Shown here piece by piece: positions 36,171 through 48,900 of a stretch of DNA of 64,000 nt; position 1 is the first letter of the stretch, and every line of letters begins with the position of its first letter. Below the pieces are notes generated by a model. That model was not told where the DNA came from, did not search any database, and saw only the letters and a list, made by a program, of their open reading frames with translations. The position numbers were made by a program, and so were the translations under genes. The DNA lies in assembly GCA_032718475.1 (NCBI GenBank), contig JAUCBJ010007566.1:1-64000 (forward strand), written 5' to 3'. Source of the stretch: Nemertoderma westbladi (Eukaryota; Animalia; Xenacoelomorpha).

Positions 36171-36534
36171 TGTTACGAATAGAATTTTCGTGATCTATTC
36201 TCGGTTTATCGTTATGACTCCGCTGGGTATGATATTTAAATAGAACCATTTCCCTTTCAGTGTCTACATCGTCCGTATCATGTAAATCGATAGGATGGCC
36301 GGTAGTTAGGAAGTCCATATACGTACTATTACGATGCGTATAGCGAGCGGTGAATTTTCGATAGTCCAATTCACGCGTAAGTTGCTCTTGGGACATCGGC
36401 GGTTCGATATAACGACCATCGTCCTCCGTAATGGTTGGATCGGTTTCACTGCGTATCAAGCTATCCACCAATGCTTGTAAAGGTAGAGTATATCGCTCCC
36501 TGATACCAAGATCATCTTCTATCAACTCCGTCAT
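36136..36534 (-). other. 132-aa ORF inside A1, unassigned (possibly the N-terminus of the deleted accessory ORF)
   Basis: ATG-initiated and abuts the accessory remnant out of frame; no recognisable motif. Confidence 0.35.
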
Positions 36535-37678
36535 ATCTGCTATCTGAGTTTATTAATATCGAAATGAGTTTATGTTTAGGCGAGCGGACGTCGCTGCCTA
36601 CCTCACTTTGCCCCCGGACAGTGGGATTCTCATCGCCGATGTACCGTCGTCGCGGTGTTTACGCCAACATGTAGCAACAGCACGACAACGATAACCGGCA
36701 CAAGTCACTCCACTGTCCGTCCCAAAGGCTTGAATCCACTTTAGGTTCTTTCTATAGGAGAGTTGGGCTACTTTCACAATTGCGACTAGCTACTGTAAAC
36801 ATACTTTAGCAGTAACATTCATCTATAAACGCACAAATTCCACACAACTGTCACCAATTGTACACATACAGGCCATTTGTCCGTTAGTCAGTGCCTTCCA
36901 GAATGTCACGTTATTACTGTGTATCTTTGGATACTAACAGTGTGCTATGTATTCTCTATGCTATGCAATGGGACAAGCCTTCTATTGTTCTTTTAACTTG
37001 CTTCTAATTCTAGCGTGGGTGTTGCTATGGTGACATTATGGAAAACTAGCGGTAGAATTAGGGTAATTCTCATGCATACAGATCTGGAATGCTATTTAAT
37101 AATAATTCTTTAATTGTCAATAGCCTCTTTATACATGATTTTATTAATTTTATTGGCTATTGACTATATGTCGGAGATTCTCGCACTCTAATACACTCAA
37201 TGGGATGAATCTCCGCTCCCATGATCTATTAATTAATGGAATTTTGGGAATGTTATAAATTGCACAAAACGACAATTTATGAATTTCATTTAAAGTATGA
37301 ATTTAAATTTATTCCCGTGAATTTTATTATTTGATGTTAAAATTGACACAATTTGATTCCAGAGCAGGTCTGGGGACATAGGATCCTTAATTCTATGAAA
37401 TTTGTCTTTTAAGAGTATCGGGAAGTGCTACGATATCTTAATCGACTAGAATTGTTAACGGATCTGAATTTTACAGATTTTAATAAATATTAAATTAATA
37501 TTTAAGATGGACACCGATTTATTCCAGAACTTGTCTGGGGACGTTAACCATTGATTCTAGAATTTGTCTTTCAAGTATATCGGTGGGTGCCGCGATATCT
37601 TAATCGACTAGAATTACAGATGGTCAAAAGGTTTAACAGATTTATTTGCTTTTTACGCTACTGTTAGAGGGACATCAC

Positions 37679-38934
37679 TGTTCGCGCTTTCAGACCTTTG
37701 GCAGTTTAACCCGCCAAATTAGGATGTCTTCTAGATAATAAATCACTTTTAGCCTCTGACAAGTATTTGATTCACTACACTAGTCGAAACCAATCGGTGC
37801 GCGATCATTCACCCGCTGGATATACCCGGGAGATTGGGTTCGACGGCTTAATCTTATTGCTATGTAAGCCTAATGTATTATTCGACTGACAGTATTATAT
37901 AATCTCTGACAATATTATTCACCTTCGGGGAATATTAACAGTTCCTTTAGGACGTGGCGCTCTATCTATATAAACAGAGTTATGACTTAAACTACTCACA
38001 ACGATATGGCTTAGTTACAATTCACATATATGGCGCATTCTTTAGGAAATGCTTCGTTATCAGTCTCGCTCATACACAACGCTGCACAATACTGCACACT
38101 GATCTGCCGATCTTCACTGATTTTAGTCACATATAAAAGGAACACAGACCGACTCATGTAGGGTCTATCAAATAACATCAGATTCACTTCAAACCACTTT
38201 AACATAAGTCACAATCGTTATATGTAACCTGTCTCTCTTACCTTCTGTATATCAAGAATATTGGGTTTTCGGGGTTATTTATCATTATTCCAAATATAAT
38301 AATTCATCAACCATATTATGAAGAACTGACAGTAAATAGCAGTATAACAATATAAAGTATGCACAGGTATATTAGATTAGGTATGTTGCGTTGATTGAGT
38401 ATGGGCCAGTTAACCAGTGGCCAGTGTGCCGTGGTTTGTTTGCAAGTTTGAGACAATCAGATAACGGATATATGTCCTTATAATTAAGCCTACTAGTGTT
38501 AGGCTAAAACAGAAAAGCACAAAATATTCCCAAGCCGCTCTCTCCTGGCTCAGGACAGAATGTAAACACTGCCCATAATGCATTGCGTGATTTCTAGGAA
38601 ATTTCTGTACAAGAGCCATAAAAATGCTCTGATTGGCTGACTGAACTGAGAGACGCCGTAGAACAAAGAAAATCGACACGTATGAATATCAGCTGTTAAC
38701 CGTCGTCATAGTAACTACTGTTCAAGAGTAGCTATCACCTTTTGCGTCACGGAATTGCCATAGAATCATCAACTATGCCTTTCACAGTACACATACGGAG
38801 GAAATAGCTCTTAGATCCTCTAAAAAACACCGATACAGCAATAATACGGTCTCTTACACCTATTAAATCAACTACAGAGTATTTTAATGTAAAAATAATA
38901 AAAATAACGGGGCAATTCAGCAAAGGCTTTTACA
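37679..38934 (-). mobile_element. 3' LTR of BEL/Pao element A2 (element spans 37679 to at least 50837)
   Basis: Minus strand TGTAAAAG...GAACA preceded by the same GGGAGCGG PPT-like tract; 1256 bp. Confidence 0.82.
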
Positions 38935-39012
38935 CCGCTCCCAGAAAATGGGATTTTCAGTCTATAAAATATAAAAATCACAGTTTCTAAAACCTAAAGA
39001 TACTCTAAACAG

Positions 39013-42000
39013 TTAGTCTTTCTTACGCGGACGGCGTTTACGCAGTTTCTTGAGGCTAGCAAGAGTCCTTTTCTCTTTGGGGCGAGCCACTTTACGAGGA
39101 GGGCTGTAGCTCCTAGGCGAAGGGTGCAATACAATTGCATCAGAAGGTGTAGGGTTACGATCGGTATACCCGCCGGTCGAAGTACCTGGTTGATTAATAT
39201 CAACCTCGGGGGAGCGAGGTCTAACGGCCTTGAGGGCGCGTCTCAGGACAGCAGCTCCTACGGGTCCTTGACGGGTCGTCTGGACACTAGCGGTGGGTGG
39301 ACCGTGAGTGGTGAGGAACTTTCTTGGTTTAATGGTTCTCTCCAGCTCGCGTTCTCGGGTTCGATATTCATATGGTCGCCGAGATACTTCCTGTAGTTCA
39401 GGATGCGAGTTCACAAAGATGTCGCCATACTCAGGGTCCTGACGGATAAAATTGATCAGGTGATATGTGGTTATATCATTAGGGTTAACGTTTCTAAGGT
39501 ATTTTCTGACAAACTTGGTGGAAATACACTCACCAACACGCTTCATTAACTCGTAACTTGGTACGCGTGTTTTCTGTTCAATCGACGCGAATAGATAAGG
39601 ATGGAACGCGTAAACTCCCTCGTAAGCTCGTCCAGGGTAATAGCGATGTCGGGATTCGCAATGTAAATCCACGTTCGCTTCCCAAGCTCTGATGTATCGC
39701 AGGGTGATCATCTCGTCTACGCTCTCTAAATCGCGATTAAAGGGACAATTGTAACTTTCATGTCCTTTAAGTTGACAGTAGTGACATTGAGTCATAAATT
39801 GTGGGCAGACGGCAAAAATATGAGAGTTATTAAGCCGGCAATAAGCATAATATATTTCCATCATCGGTTGTTCGAGGAAATAGGAACAAGGTACGCTCGA
39901 GTCTAGAGGGGTGAAGTGGTCTCTCGATGCGCATAATCGACAACGTTTTCGAGAAACGTAGTTGGCGTGTCAATAATCGTACGCTGTGAGACGTTGTGGA
40001 CCTTGATACCACTCTATGACATAATCATTGTCACTGCTCCAGGAAGCTGTAGGCTGAATCGCTTCTGATTCCAAGCATACTGGTTCATCCTCCAGCTGTA
40101 TAGACGAAGTGGGTGCGTCGGTCTCAGTAAGTGGACCCACTGTCTTTATTTCCACGACAGAATAACCTGTAGGTATTCGGGGTCTTTGTATAACAGATGA
40201 ATGTAAGTTCTGTATACAAACGTCTTGAAAAACGGCAAATCCAGCGCTACTCAGTTTCTCCGCAGCTGAGTCTCTCAGACTGAGTTTGGTCAGCGCGCGG
40301 TCCTTGAACTGACTATCGACGTTACGGAACGGAGTCAGAAAGCGCCGGAAACATTCGAAACGTATGAACTTATTGTGTTCGTCTAACTTGGCGAGTTTAG
40401 TTCCAAGTATTAATGGATGAGCGCGTATGGTACGACTGCACACATCGGCTAGCCAACCGGCAAGTGCTGCGTTTTCAAAGATCGTGTATATAGCTAAGGA
40501 AGGGCGAAGTGGAACACTCATAAAGTTATATACGGCACCAGGCGCAGTTAATGGTCCATCAAAATATAAACGAGAGTAATGATCTCCATATACTTGCTGG
40601 TAATTGATAGGATTTCCAACTTTGAAATTCCATCCATATTCTTGAAAGGCAAGATGTCCGATGGATGTCCGTTGTACCTTAGTAATGTCGCTGGGTGTAT
40701 TGGCATACATAGTGCGAAAGAAACCTCGGCCTTCGGCCCAAGGAGCAATCAGCTGAGTATCAACGAAAGGGTATGGAATGTTTTCCATATTCCGGAAGTC
40801 GTTTTGGAGATCTCCATAAACAGCTGAGCCGATTTTTAGGATTCTTTCGTTAAACAACATTTCGAGCACAGGTTGGGGTAACATTGATCCATCGATACCC
40901 ATGGCCGGTTTGCGCTCGGTGTCGGTGACGTAACGCTGCGCGAGCTCGAATAGTCCATGTCGAAGTTTCTTTTGTGTCTCCGTAAGGGTTTCAAAAGAAT
41001 AATCAATCACGTCGGAACACGCTCGAGTGAATACGTGGGTAGAACCAGCGAGTCCTCGTATATGTATCATTCGCGTAGTTCCTAGTTCTCCCACCGGAAC
41101 GCTACCTTCGTTGTCATAAGTAACAACGCCATACATCTCGATAACGTTAAGAGTTTCGTTCCATTCTTTAGTGGCGTTTTCGAGAGTCATTCCTACTGGA
41201 TGCCACAAAGTAGCGCATTCGCTGGCATTGGGTAAATCTCTATACTTTAAGCATTGTGTAGTATAGGTTTCCACATCTCCGTATCGTTTTATTCTTTCTT
41301 CCTCGAATAACACGTCAAGATTCCAGTGCACCAATCGAGTTTTAATGAATCCATCAAGATTGTACGGAGGTAATATTTCTTTCTCTATTCTGGAAATATT
41401 ATACGGTTTTCGAAATGAGTTTAGTTTAACTAGCTGATCTAGATGTTTTTGTAGTTGTTCGAGTTCGACAAGGTCGAGAGGATTGATTAATGGTAGAAAC
41501 CTCAGACTATGCGTAGGATCTTCCGGTTTTACCATGTAATATTGCTTTAAATTGACGTAATAAGGATGATCCTTAATTCCATAAAATGAGTCCGGCAAAG
41601 GTCTAGCGCGTATGTTAACATCGTGTACCATGCGACGGACTAGATCCGCTCTATTGTCCGGAGGCTCAACAAGTACACCATCGACACGAGCAGCCGCGAT
41701 GGGTGGACGTTGTATCATAGGAGCGTCAGCAATGAGCTCTTGAGATCTGAGATCGGTATTAACCGGTTGAGGCTGTACCGTAGCAAAGAGCTTGTCTTTA
41801 AAATGAGGAACCATCGAGGGGTGGAGGATCGTTTTGGAATAGAGATCCGTCACGAGAATTTGAGTTTCTGGTTGGGCTAAAGCAGCTTCTTCCCTCTCAG
41901 TCAGCTCTATATGTCTCTCCTCGAGCTGATTTTCCTCCGCTTGTTGTTGCAAGCGCTCGTCCAGGAATTCCTGTAGGGAGTAGGTTCGTCCACGTTCGAT

Positions 42001-42447
42001 GTCCTCCTCTAGATTTTGTATTTCTCTATCGAACTGGGGCAAAGCTAGTTCTTTCACCGCTTGGACTTGTTGTTGCAATTTACGTTTCTCCAAGCAATCG
42101 TAAGTTCCTTTTCCGATTTTCTGCCGAATAGCGTCCAATGCATTTCGTATCACGCTCTCTTCGACTTCTGTAACAGGTTGGATCGGAGGGAGGCCAGGAC
42201 GGTTGTAGGGGTTAAACGGTGATATTAGATGACCGCGTCCTAGTCCAGCGAGGTAAGGTTGGCGAATATCTAACGAACCCACTACCGGAGTGCCACCAAT
42301 CAACTGTTCAGGTAACACTAGATCTTTGAACAGTGAGTACAGCTCGGGAGGATCCGTAATACTATTAGGATCGAGAGTTTGAGGTATCACTTGGGAATGA
42401 GGAGGTCTGACCGAGTATTCCGGAACTCTGATCATGGGTTTATTCAA
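39013..42447 (-). CDS. A2 accessory ORF: DEDDy-like 3'-5' exonuclease, 3 zinc knuckles, basic tail (one frame split by TGA at 39970-39972)
   Basis: VVTYDNEG, MIHIRG..THVF, LPQPVLEMLFNERILKIGSAVYGD, FVDTQ, SIGHLA; ORFs 39970-42447 and 39013-39864 are in the same frame, and the stop codon is CGC in A1. Confidence 0.78.
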
Positions 42448-42930
42448 TGATCGTTTAAGGCGCGCGACCGTAGGTGATACGTCGAAAAGGTTTCGCTCGA
42501 AACTCCCATAAGTATATCGCGTAAAACTGTGTTTAGCACAACGTCTCCGCGGATGTTTATGCCTTTCGATTTGCTGGTTAGGTCTAGGTCATTCGTCACA
42601 GTAATACCAAAGACGCACGTCTTGAAGGGGAAACGCGGGTGATCGCTCTCCAGTTTTACAATATTCCTCCATCTGTTCGAAGCTATCTGGAACGACAGGG
42701 AGTGGTCGATCGGCGGTAAGATACATCATCGTAAAATAGAGCCGTTTGAGTTCATAGGATCATAGGATCTGGATGTATACCTTGAGGATATCGAGTTTCG
42801 AGGTTTTGTTGACTAGCAACATTGAGATAGGTCTCTCTTAGGAATTCTAGATATTCGTTGAAGCCACTACGTTTATCAGGTTCTTCAACGTCTTCTCTTT
42901 CGAGTTTATTTCGATGACGATGATGATGAT

Positions 42931-45900
42931 TTAACGATGATGAAAACATCGTTTTAAATAGGTGACGGCTTTACAGAACCGATTCCAGGAGCTGTAGTGA
43001 CGTATCGCTCTCTGCAAGAGGGGTGAGAGTCCTTGCGCGATATCTGGTATTCCAGATTTCCAATCCTTGTCACGGATTTCCAAGACTTCTTTAGTCGTGG
43101 CGGTGGGTTTCTGATCCAAAGCATCCTCTCCGGAAGTAAATAATACAGATAGATCAACCGCAGGTTTAAACAACTTCGATTTACTCGCTCGAGTTTTGGG
43201 TTTAACTTTCTCCGCTCCCTTGGCCTGTCTGATCTCTGCTGTTGTGAGATGGGGAGGCCATTCTTCTTCTTCTCTGTAGAGAAAGTCGGGTCCACCTAAC
43301 CATTCGGGAGTATTTACTAATTCCCTTGGAGTCACTCCTCGGGAAGCGATGTCTGCTGGATTAATCGTTCCGGGGCAATGTCTCCATTGGTCCATCGTCG
43401 TGCGACTAAGTATGATGGCTACTCTGTTGGTAACGAAGACGCTGAACTGACAGACTTCATTGGTTATATACTCTAACACGAGTAAAGCGTCGGTCCAATA
43501 GACAGTTTTCTCTAATGGATAGTCAATCTGTTCTGTTACATTCCGGCCGATGGCTGTAGCGTATAGAGCCGCTTTTAACTCCGCTCGAGGAACTTTCAAC
43601 TTGTTGTTGATTAATGCCTTAGAAGTAACCAAGGCGACTTTGATTCCATCCGGAGTTTCCACTCTTAGATAGGCTACTATACCTATTCCCATATCGCTGG
43701 CGTCTCCAAACACATGGAGTTGATAGGAATACGTAGGGAGAACATGACCAAAATATGAACGGGAAATTATAAAATCCTCGATAGCCGGCAGAGAATCTTC
43801 CCATTTCATCCACTTCTTTAATAATTCTCCCTTAAGTGGATCGTCCCATGAGTGGTTTTCAAGCCACATTTGTTGTACCAAACTACGAGCAATCAATATA
43901 ACTGGGCTAATAAATCCCAATGGATCGAAATAAGTGCTCAGTATACTTAAGCAAATCCGTTTGGTTCGAACTGGATTATCTCGCTGTTTTAGCTGGAAAA
44001 ACAGGATATCTCGCTCTGTGTCCCATTTCAAGCCGAGTGTCTTGGTTTCTGGCAGATCATCTTTGATCAAATCTAGATCTTTCGCCCCTCGATCTTCCGC
44101 AGGGATCGACTCCAGAAACTCACGGGAGTTGCTGGTGAATTTCGTTAATCGAAACCCACCTCTTTTTAAGCACTCTACCGTTCCTTTAGCGACCTCAATG
44201 GCTTCCTCAACTGATGGAAGGGACTTCAGATTGTCGTCCATGTATATGTCCCGCTTGATGTTGTCGATCACTTCCTTAGAGAAGGCCTCTCGGTTGTCCT
44301 CTGCAGTGGTACGCACTACCGAACAGGCGTTGGAAGGGCTTGAGATTATCCCAAAGGCCTGGATAGTCATCCAGTACTCCACCGGTTTCTGGTTGAGGTC
44401 TCCTTCGGGCCACCACAGAAATCGTAGACTATCTCGATCCCTATCTAACACCTTGACTTGTAAGAACATGCCTTCTATATCGGAGGCGAAAGCAATCGAA
44501 TATTGTCTCAATCTTAAAAGAATTCCCAACAAAGATTGAAGTAAGTTGGGTCCGGGTAACAATTCAGAGTTAAGGGATTGACCCATGTAAAGAGCGGAGC
44601 CATCAAACACTACTCTCACTTCATGTGGTTTACCGGGTTTAGGAACGTAATGGTGAGTTAAGTAATACGTTCTTTCAGTCACAGGTGTTTCTTCCGGTAC
44701 TCTCTCCGCGTATCCCTTACTAATAAATTTCTCCAGCTGTGTTTGATACATTTCTTTAGCTGAAGAATTAGCCGTAAGGCGTCGATGGAGTTGCGCGATT
44801 CTTTTTTCCGCCAAGGGTCTGTTATTGATGAACTTCGGTTCTCTCTTGCGGAAAGGTAGACCGACTTCATACCTACCTTGATCTTTGAGGAAACGTGTAG
44901 TTGTCTCTTGGATCTGCTTGGCCCTTTCCTCTTCCACCGACAAGGCTTTATCGTAGGAATTGGGCTCTACCGCCTCTTGCGTAAAGAATCGTACGGCATG
45001 TTCATCTCGAGTCTTGGCATTACAACGCTCAATGACGTCATTTAGCTCGTCGTTATAAGCTTCTCGTTCAGATAGATAAAGAAGTTGACATAAGTTCACT
45101 TGGTTTTGCCAAGCCTCGTTTTCCTTAAGGAGATCGATGGTATTCTCCTCATCAAAAAGCTGGTGAACGTCGTCGTTATCTGAGGAGTATGGGGTTCCCT
45201 CAGTTAAATCGTCTCCCTCACTACTATCATCTTCCCATTCACTCACCTGGCAGACGCGCTCTTGCGGTAGTCTTTCTCTGAGTGTTCTACGGGAAGGGCC
45301 AGTAAAGTACCAACCTACTCTAGTTCTTACCGCATAGGTCTGTAGGGGCTGCGGTTGAGCAGGCCGTTTCTCTAATGTCTCCAGCGCCTCATGCGCGTTT
45401 TGGCCGATGAGTATTTGCACTCCAGGATAATCAGTCTGGAATCGAGGTATGTTAAGATGTTGGATGCTCTCATCCTCATCCCAATTATAAAGGTCTGCTT
45501 GAGTAGTAGCGAAGTTCTTTATAGCCACCATTTTCACTGACCTTATGCTATGTTCTCCTAGTTCGTCCTGGGGGGTGGACAACGCTCCTACATAATAATC
45601 CGCTGTTACTGTAGATTTCCAAACTTGCATAATTCCTGACATATTTAGCTTGGTTCGGAACTTGGGTTGTCCAGCGAAGATGTCTTCGGCTAGTTCTTTA
45701 TCAATGAATGTTCCTGTGCTGCCGGAGTCCAGGAGGGCGTTCACTATATAGCTCTTCTGAGGTCCATGGACCCGTAACTGGACTACAGGAAATTCTCGGA
45801 TTCCTACATCGGAAGTTGGTGCTTTCCACGATGGTTGTCGATCAGAAGTAGTTAGAGTGAAGTCGCTGTCTGTATCTTTTTCATATGTGAGTGCTCGATA

Positions 45901-48900
45901 CACTGCGGTATTTATCATGTAACAGGATTCATTTTCGTCGGAGAACTCGTCCGTATAGAATCCTTCCATCTCAGATTGATCAGTGTCATTCACATCACTG
46001 AATTGGACATGTAGCTCGGAATCACTTACCTGATTAGGACTATTTCGATCGAATTCAGCGTGCAACAAGATATGATGTTTCGCACCACACTTTGCACACC
46101 TTATGTCAGAGTAACAGGTTCGCCGTTGGTGTCCTTGTCTGAGGCAATTATAACATAACCGCTTATCCCACATGACTTCGCGTCTCTCCGTTAATGACTT
46201 CTTCAGGAATTCATCACACATATTCAAACGGTGGGTCCCGTCACACAGCGCACATTTCGGTTTGATGTTACTTACCTTATTTTGGGTGACAGTGTGCACT
46301 CTCGTTCTTTCTTCGGGCTTTCTTACCTGAATTCTCTTGGGAGACGTAGGAGGAGTTTTTCTTACCTGTTCTCTCTTGTCATTGGATCGAGACTTAAATT
46401 TACTTCCCTGTTCGTTAGGTGTTTTATTGATATAATAAGATCTTTCAGTGTCTTTCCCGCTATCCTCCCCTTGGGAAGCTTGGCTTTCGCCGTCGTCGGT
46501 ATAACACACTGGTGTTACCTTTCTTCTGGAGACGGGTTTCTCACTTACCTTGTTTTCCGATGTCTTCTCTCTGGACTGTTTTATGAGCTGTAATTTCACT
46601 TCGCCATCCAAGAATGTCATGAGATCAGTCATGGTAGGGTCTCGTTGTTGTTGTTCCATCATGTATAACACCTTTTTGTCCCAGCGTGTACCTACTCCAC
46701 CCTTCGGTAAAGTAGAAGCCACTGCTCTAATAACCATAGCACTCTGATACTCATGAGACTTACCTAGCCAATCTAATTGTCTGCAGATCTCCTGAATTTC
46801 ATCGGAAAACTCTATAATCCCGTTGCTAATAAACTTTCGGGGCGCTACCAACTTTGCATACAAATACCCAGCTATGTTATTCCTATTACCATACCTGATG
46901 TTTAGCGTATCCCAAACTTGTCTTAATCCGTCTGGATGTCCAATAAACTTTAACGCCATTAACTTGGGAGATCCTTCCAAGCACTCGATGAGGAATCTAA
47001 GTTTCTCTCCATTAGATAGTACAGAGTTCTGTATGTTATCTTTGTAATATTCATTAAATGGTAACCATTTCATCTCATCTCCATTGAACTTGACGATCTC
47101 TCCCACCTTCACCGCTTGCCGGGCTTCGGTTCTAGCCATTTGACGCGTAAAACTTTCTTGGGCCATCGTGTTATTTAATATCGAGTTATCGGTATATAAA
47201 TTTCTCGGATTATGATCAGGTCTATAGGGAATGTCATTATCAACAGGTCTATAATTACCCTTAATAGGGTTCACTATAGGAGTTTCTACTTCGCTAGCAG
47301 TATATATGCGTGTAGGCTCCACACCTTGCGCATGAGATACTTCAGACCTAACAGGTTGACACATTGTTACCGAGGGTGGTGGTATACCCCTTTGCGTATT
47401 TACTAATTTATCGCGTTCTAGCGCGATACTTTGCTGCACTTCTTGCAACTCTAGCCTACTTTCCCTTACTGTGCCCTTGAATTGCTGAACAGTCTCCTGC
47501 ATCTGCCCGAGCAGGAGATCCATCCCCCGCCGTCTCTCGTCCACCCATTCGACCGCCGAAGCGGGAGTCGCCAACGTTGTAGCGGGCGGACGAGGGACAA
47601 CGGGCGACAAATCATGAATATTTCGCTCGGGGTCCAGGACCTGAACTGTCTCCTGGGCAGTTCTACTGGGCACAGGTAGCTTAGTGCTATGCAGAGGGAA
47701 TTTAGAGGTAGCTTCAGGGAGCACAGGTGTGTCTATCACCGAAGGGGTGATTTCAAGAACAGGCCTAATTATTTCAGGCTCATCTACTATAGTAGGGAGT
47801 CTTTCTATTTTAATTATTTGGTCTGTGGGCTCTGTACTACCTAAGTTGGTGTTATTTAGTTGCCTTCTAACAGCTGGAGGCAAATCAGGCAATTTCTGAT
47901 GGTGGAATGTTCTTTTACGTCTGCTTAGACGAGATCTATTTCCTTTGCCTTCAGTATCGGTGGTATCGCCTTCCTCAGATGATGTATATCCCTGTCTTTT
48001 GGGAGTAGATCGATTCATCATCTGCATATTACTAGCTGTTAACTGTTTATTTATGCAGTCTTGATTCTCCTGAATGTTTTCCAATTCTAATTGGGTGGTT
48101 TCTTCAGTCGCTCTCCGTTCTGCTTCTGCCACTGCCTCTGCCGCCTTTCTTTCAGCTTCGGCCGCTTTTGCTTCTGCCGCTGCCGCTGCCGCCTTTGCCT
48201 CTGCCGCTGCTTCTGCCGCTGCCGCTTTTCTTTCTGCTTCTGCAGCTACCACTGCTGCTTTCTTTCTGTCTTCTATACGTTTTTTCTTTACTTGTTCTTC
48301 TTGGACTCGTGTCAGGCGGAGTTGTTCATCAAATTTAGCCTGATTCGCAGCCCTCATTTCCACATCGATGGCATCCAACACACGCTGAGTTCCTTCGCTA
48401 TTAGGGCTAAGTCCATCTAACCTTCTCCTCAACTCGTCATCACCTAAAAAACGTTGATAGTCTGACAGATAGATGTCAATGGCATCTCTCTTATGCGGTT
48501 TCTCTGCCGTCGCTTCACTTTCCACTTGGGAAAAAGTAGCGTCTGTTGATTCTCCATGGGTTGAGCGCTCCTCCAGCTGAGCTTTCCACTGAGCTGTTCC
48601 TTGAACTTGGCGACTCACCCGTTGAAACCAAGTCTTTACGGCAACTTGCAACGACGTGTCTTGTCTTCTTTTAGAAGCCTCTTCAAAGGCTGATAATATT
48701 AGCCTGATTCGCAGAATTCTTTCTCTAACTTGATAAAGCAGTTGTCCCTGCTCTTGAGGTCCTTGAGGTTGTTGTAACAGTTGTTTTTCTACTCGCTCCA
48801 TAGAGCTGAAGAATCCCTGTGCGTATCCGGCTGCGGACCTCTTCCACACAGCTGGATCGATGGTTTCCTTGGCTACTCCCATCCGGTGTATGTCTTCCCA

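Noticed and set aside
37345-37620. Diverged ~165-bp tandem duplication inside A1
   Set aside because: Real, but only two decayed copies with nothing to suggest function.
33741-38934. LTRs at 33741 and 37679 as the two ends of one element
   Set aside because: Both have a PPT and the accessory-ORF tail on the same side, their U3 halves differ strongly, and I saw no shared TSD or PBS; they are two 3' LTRs.
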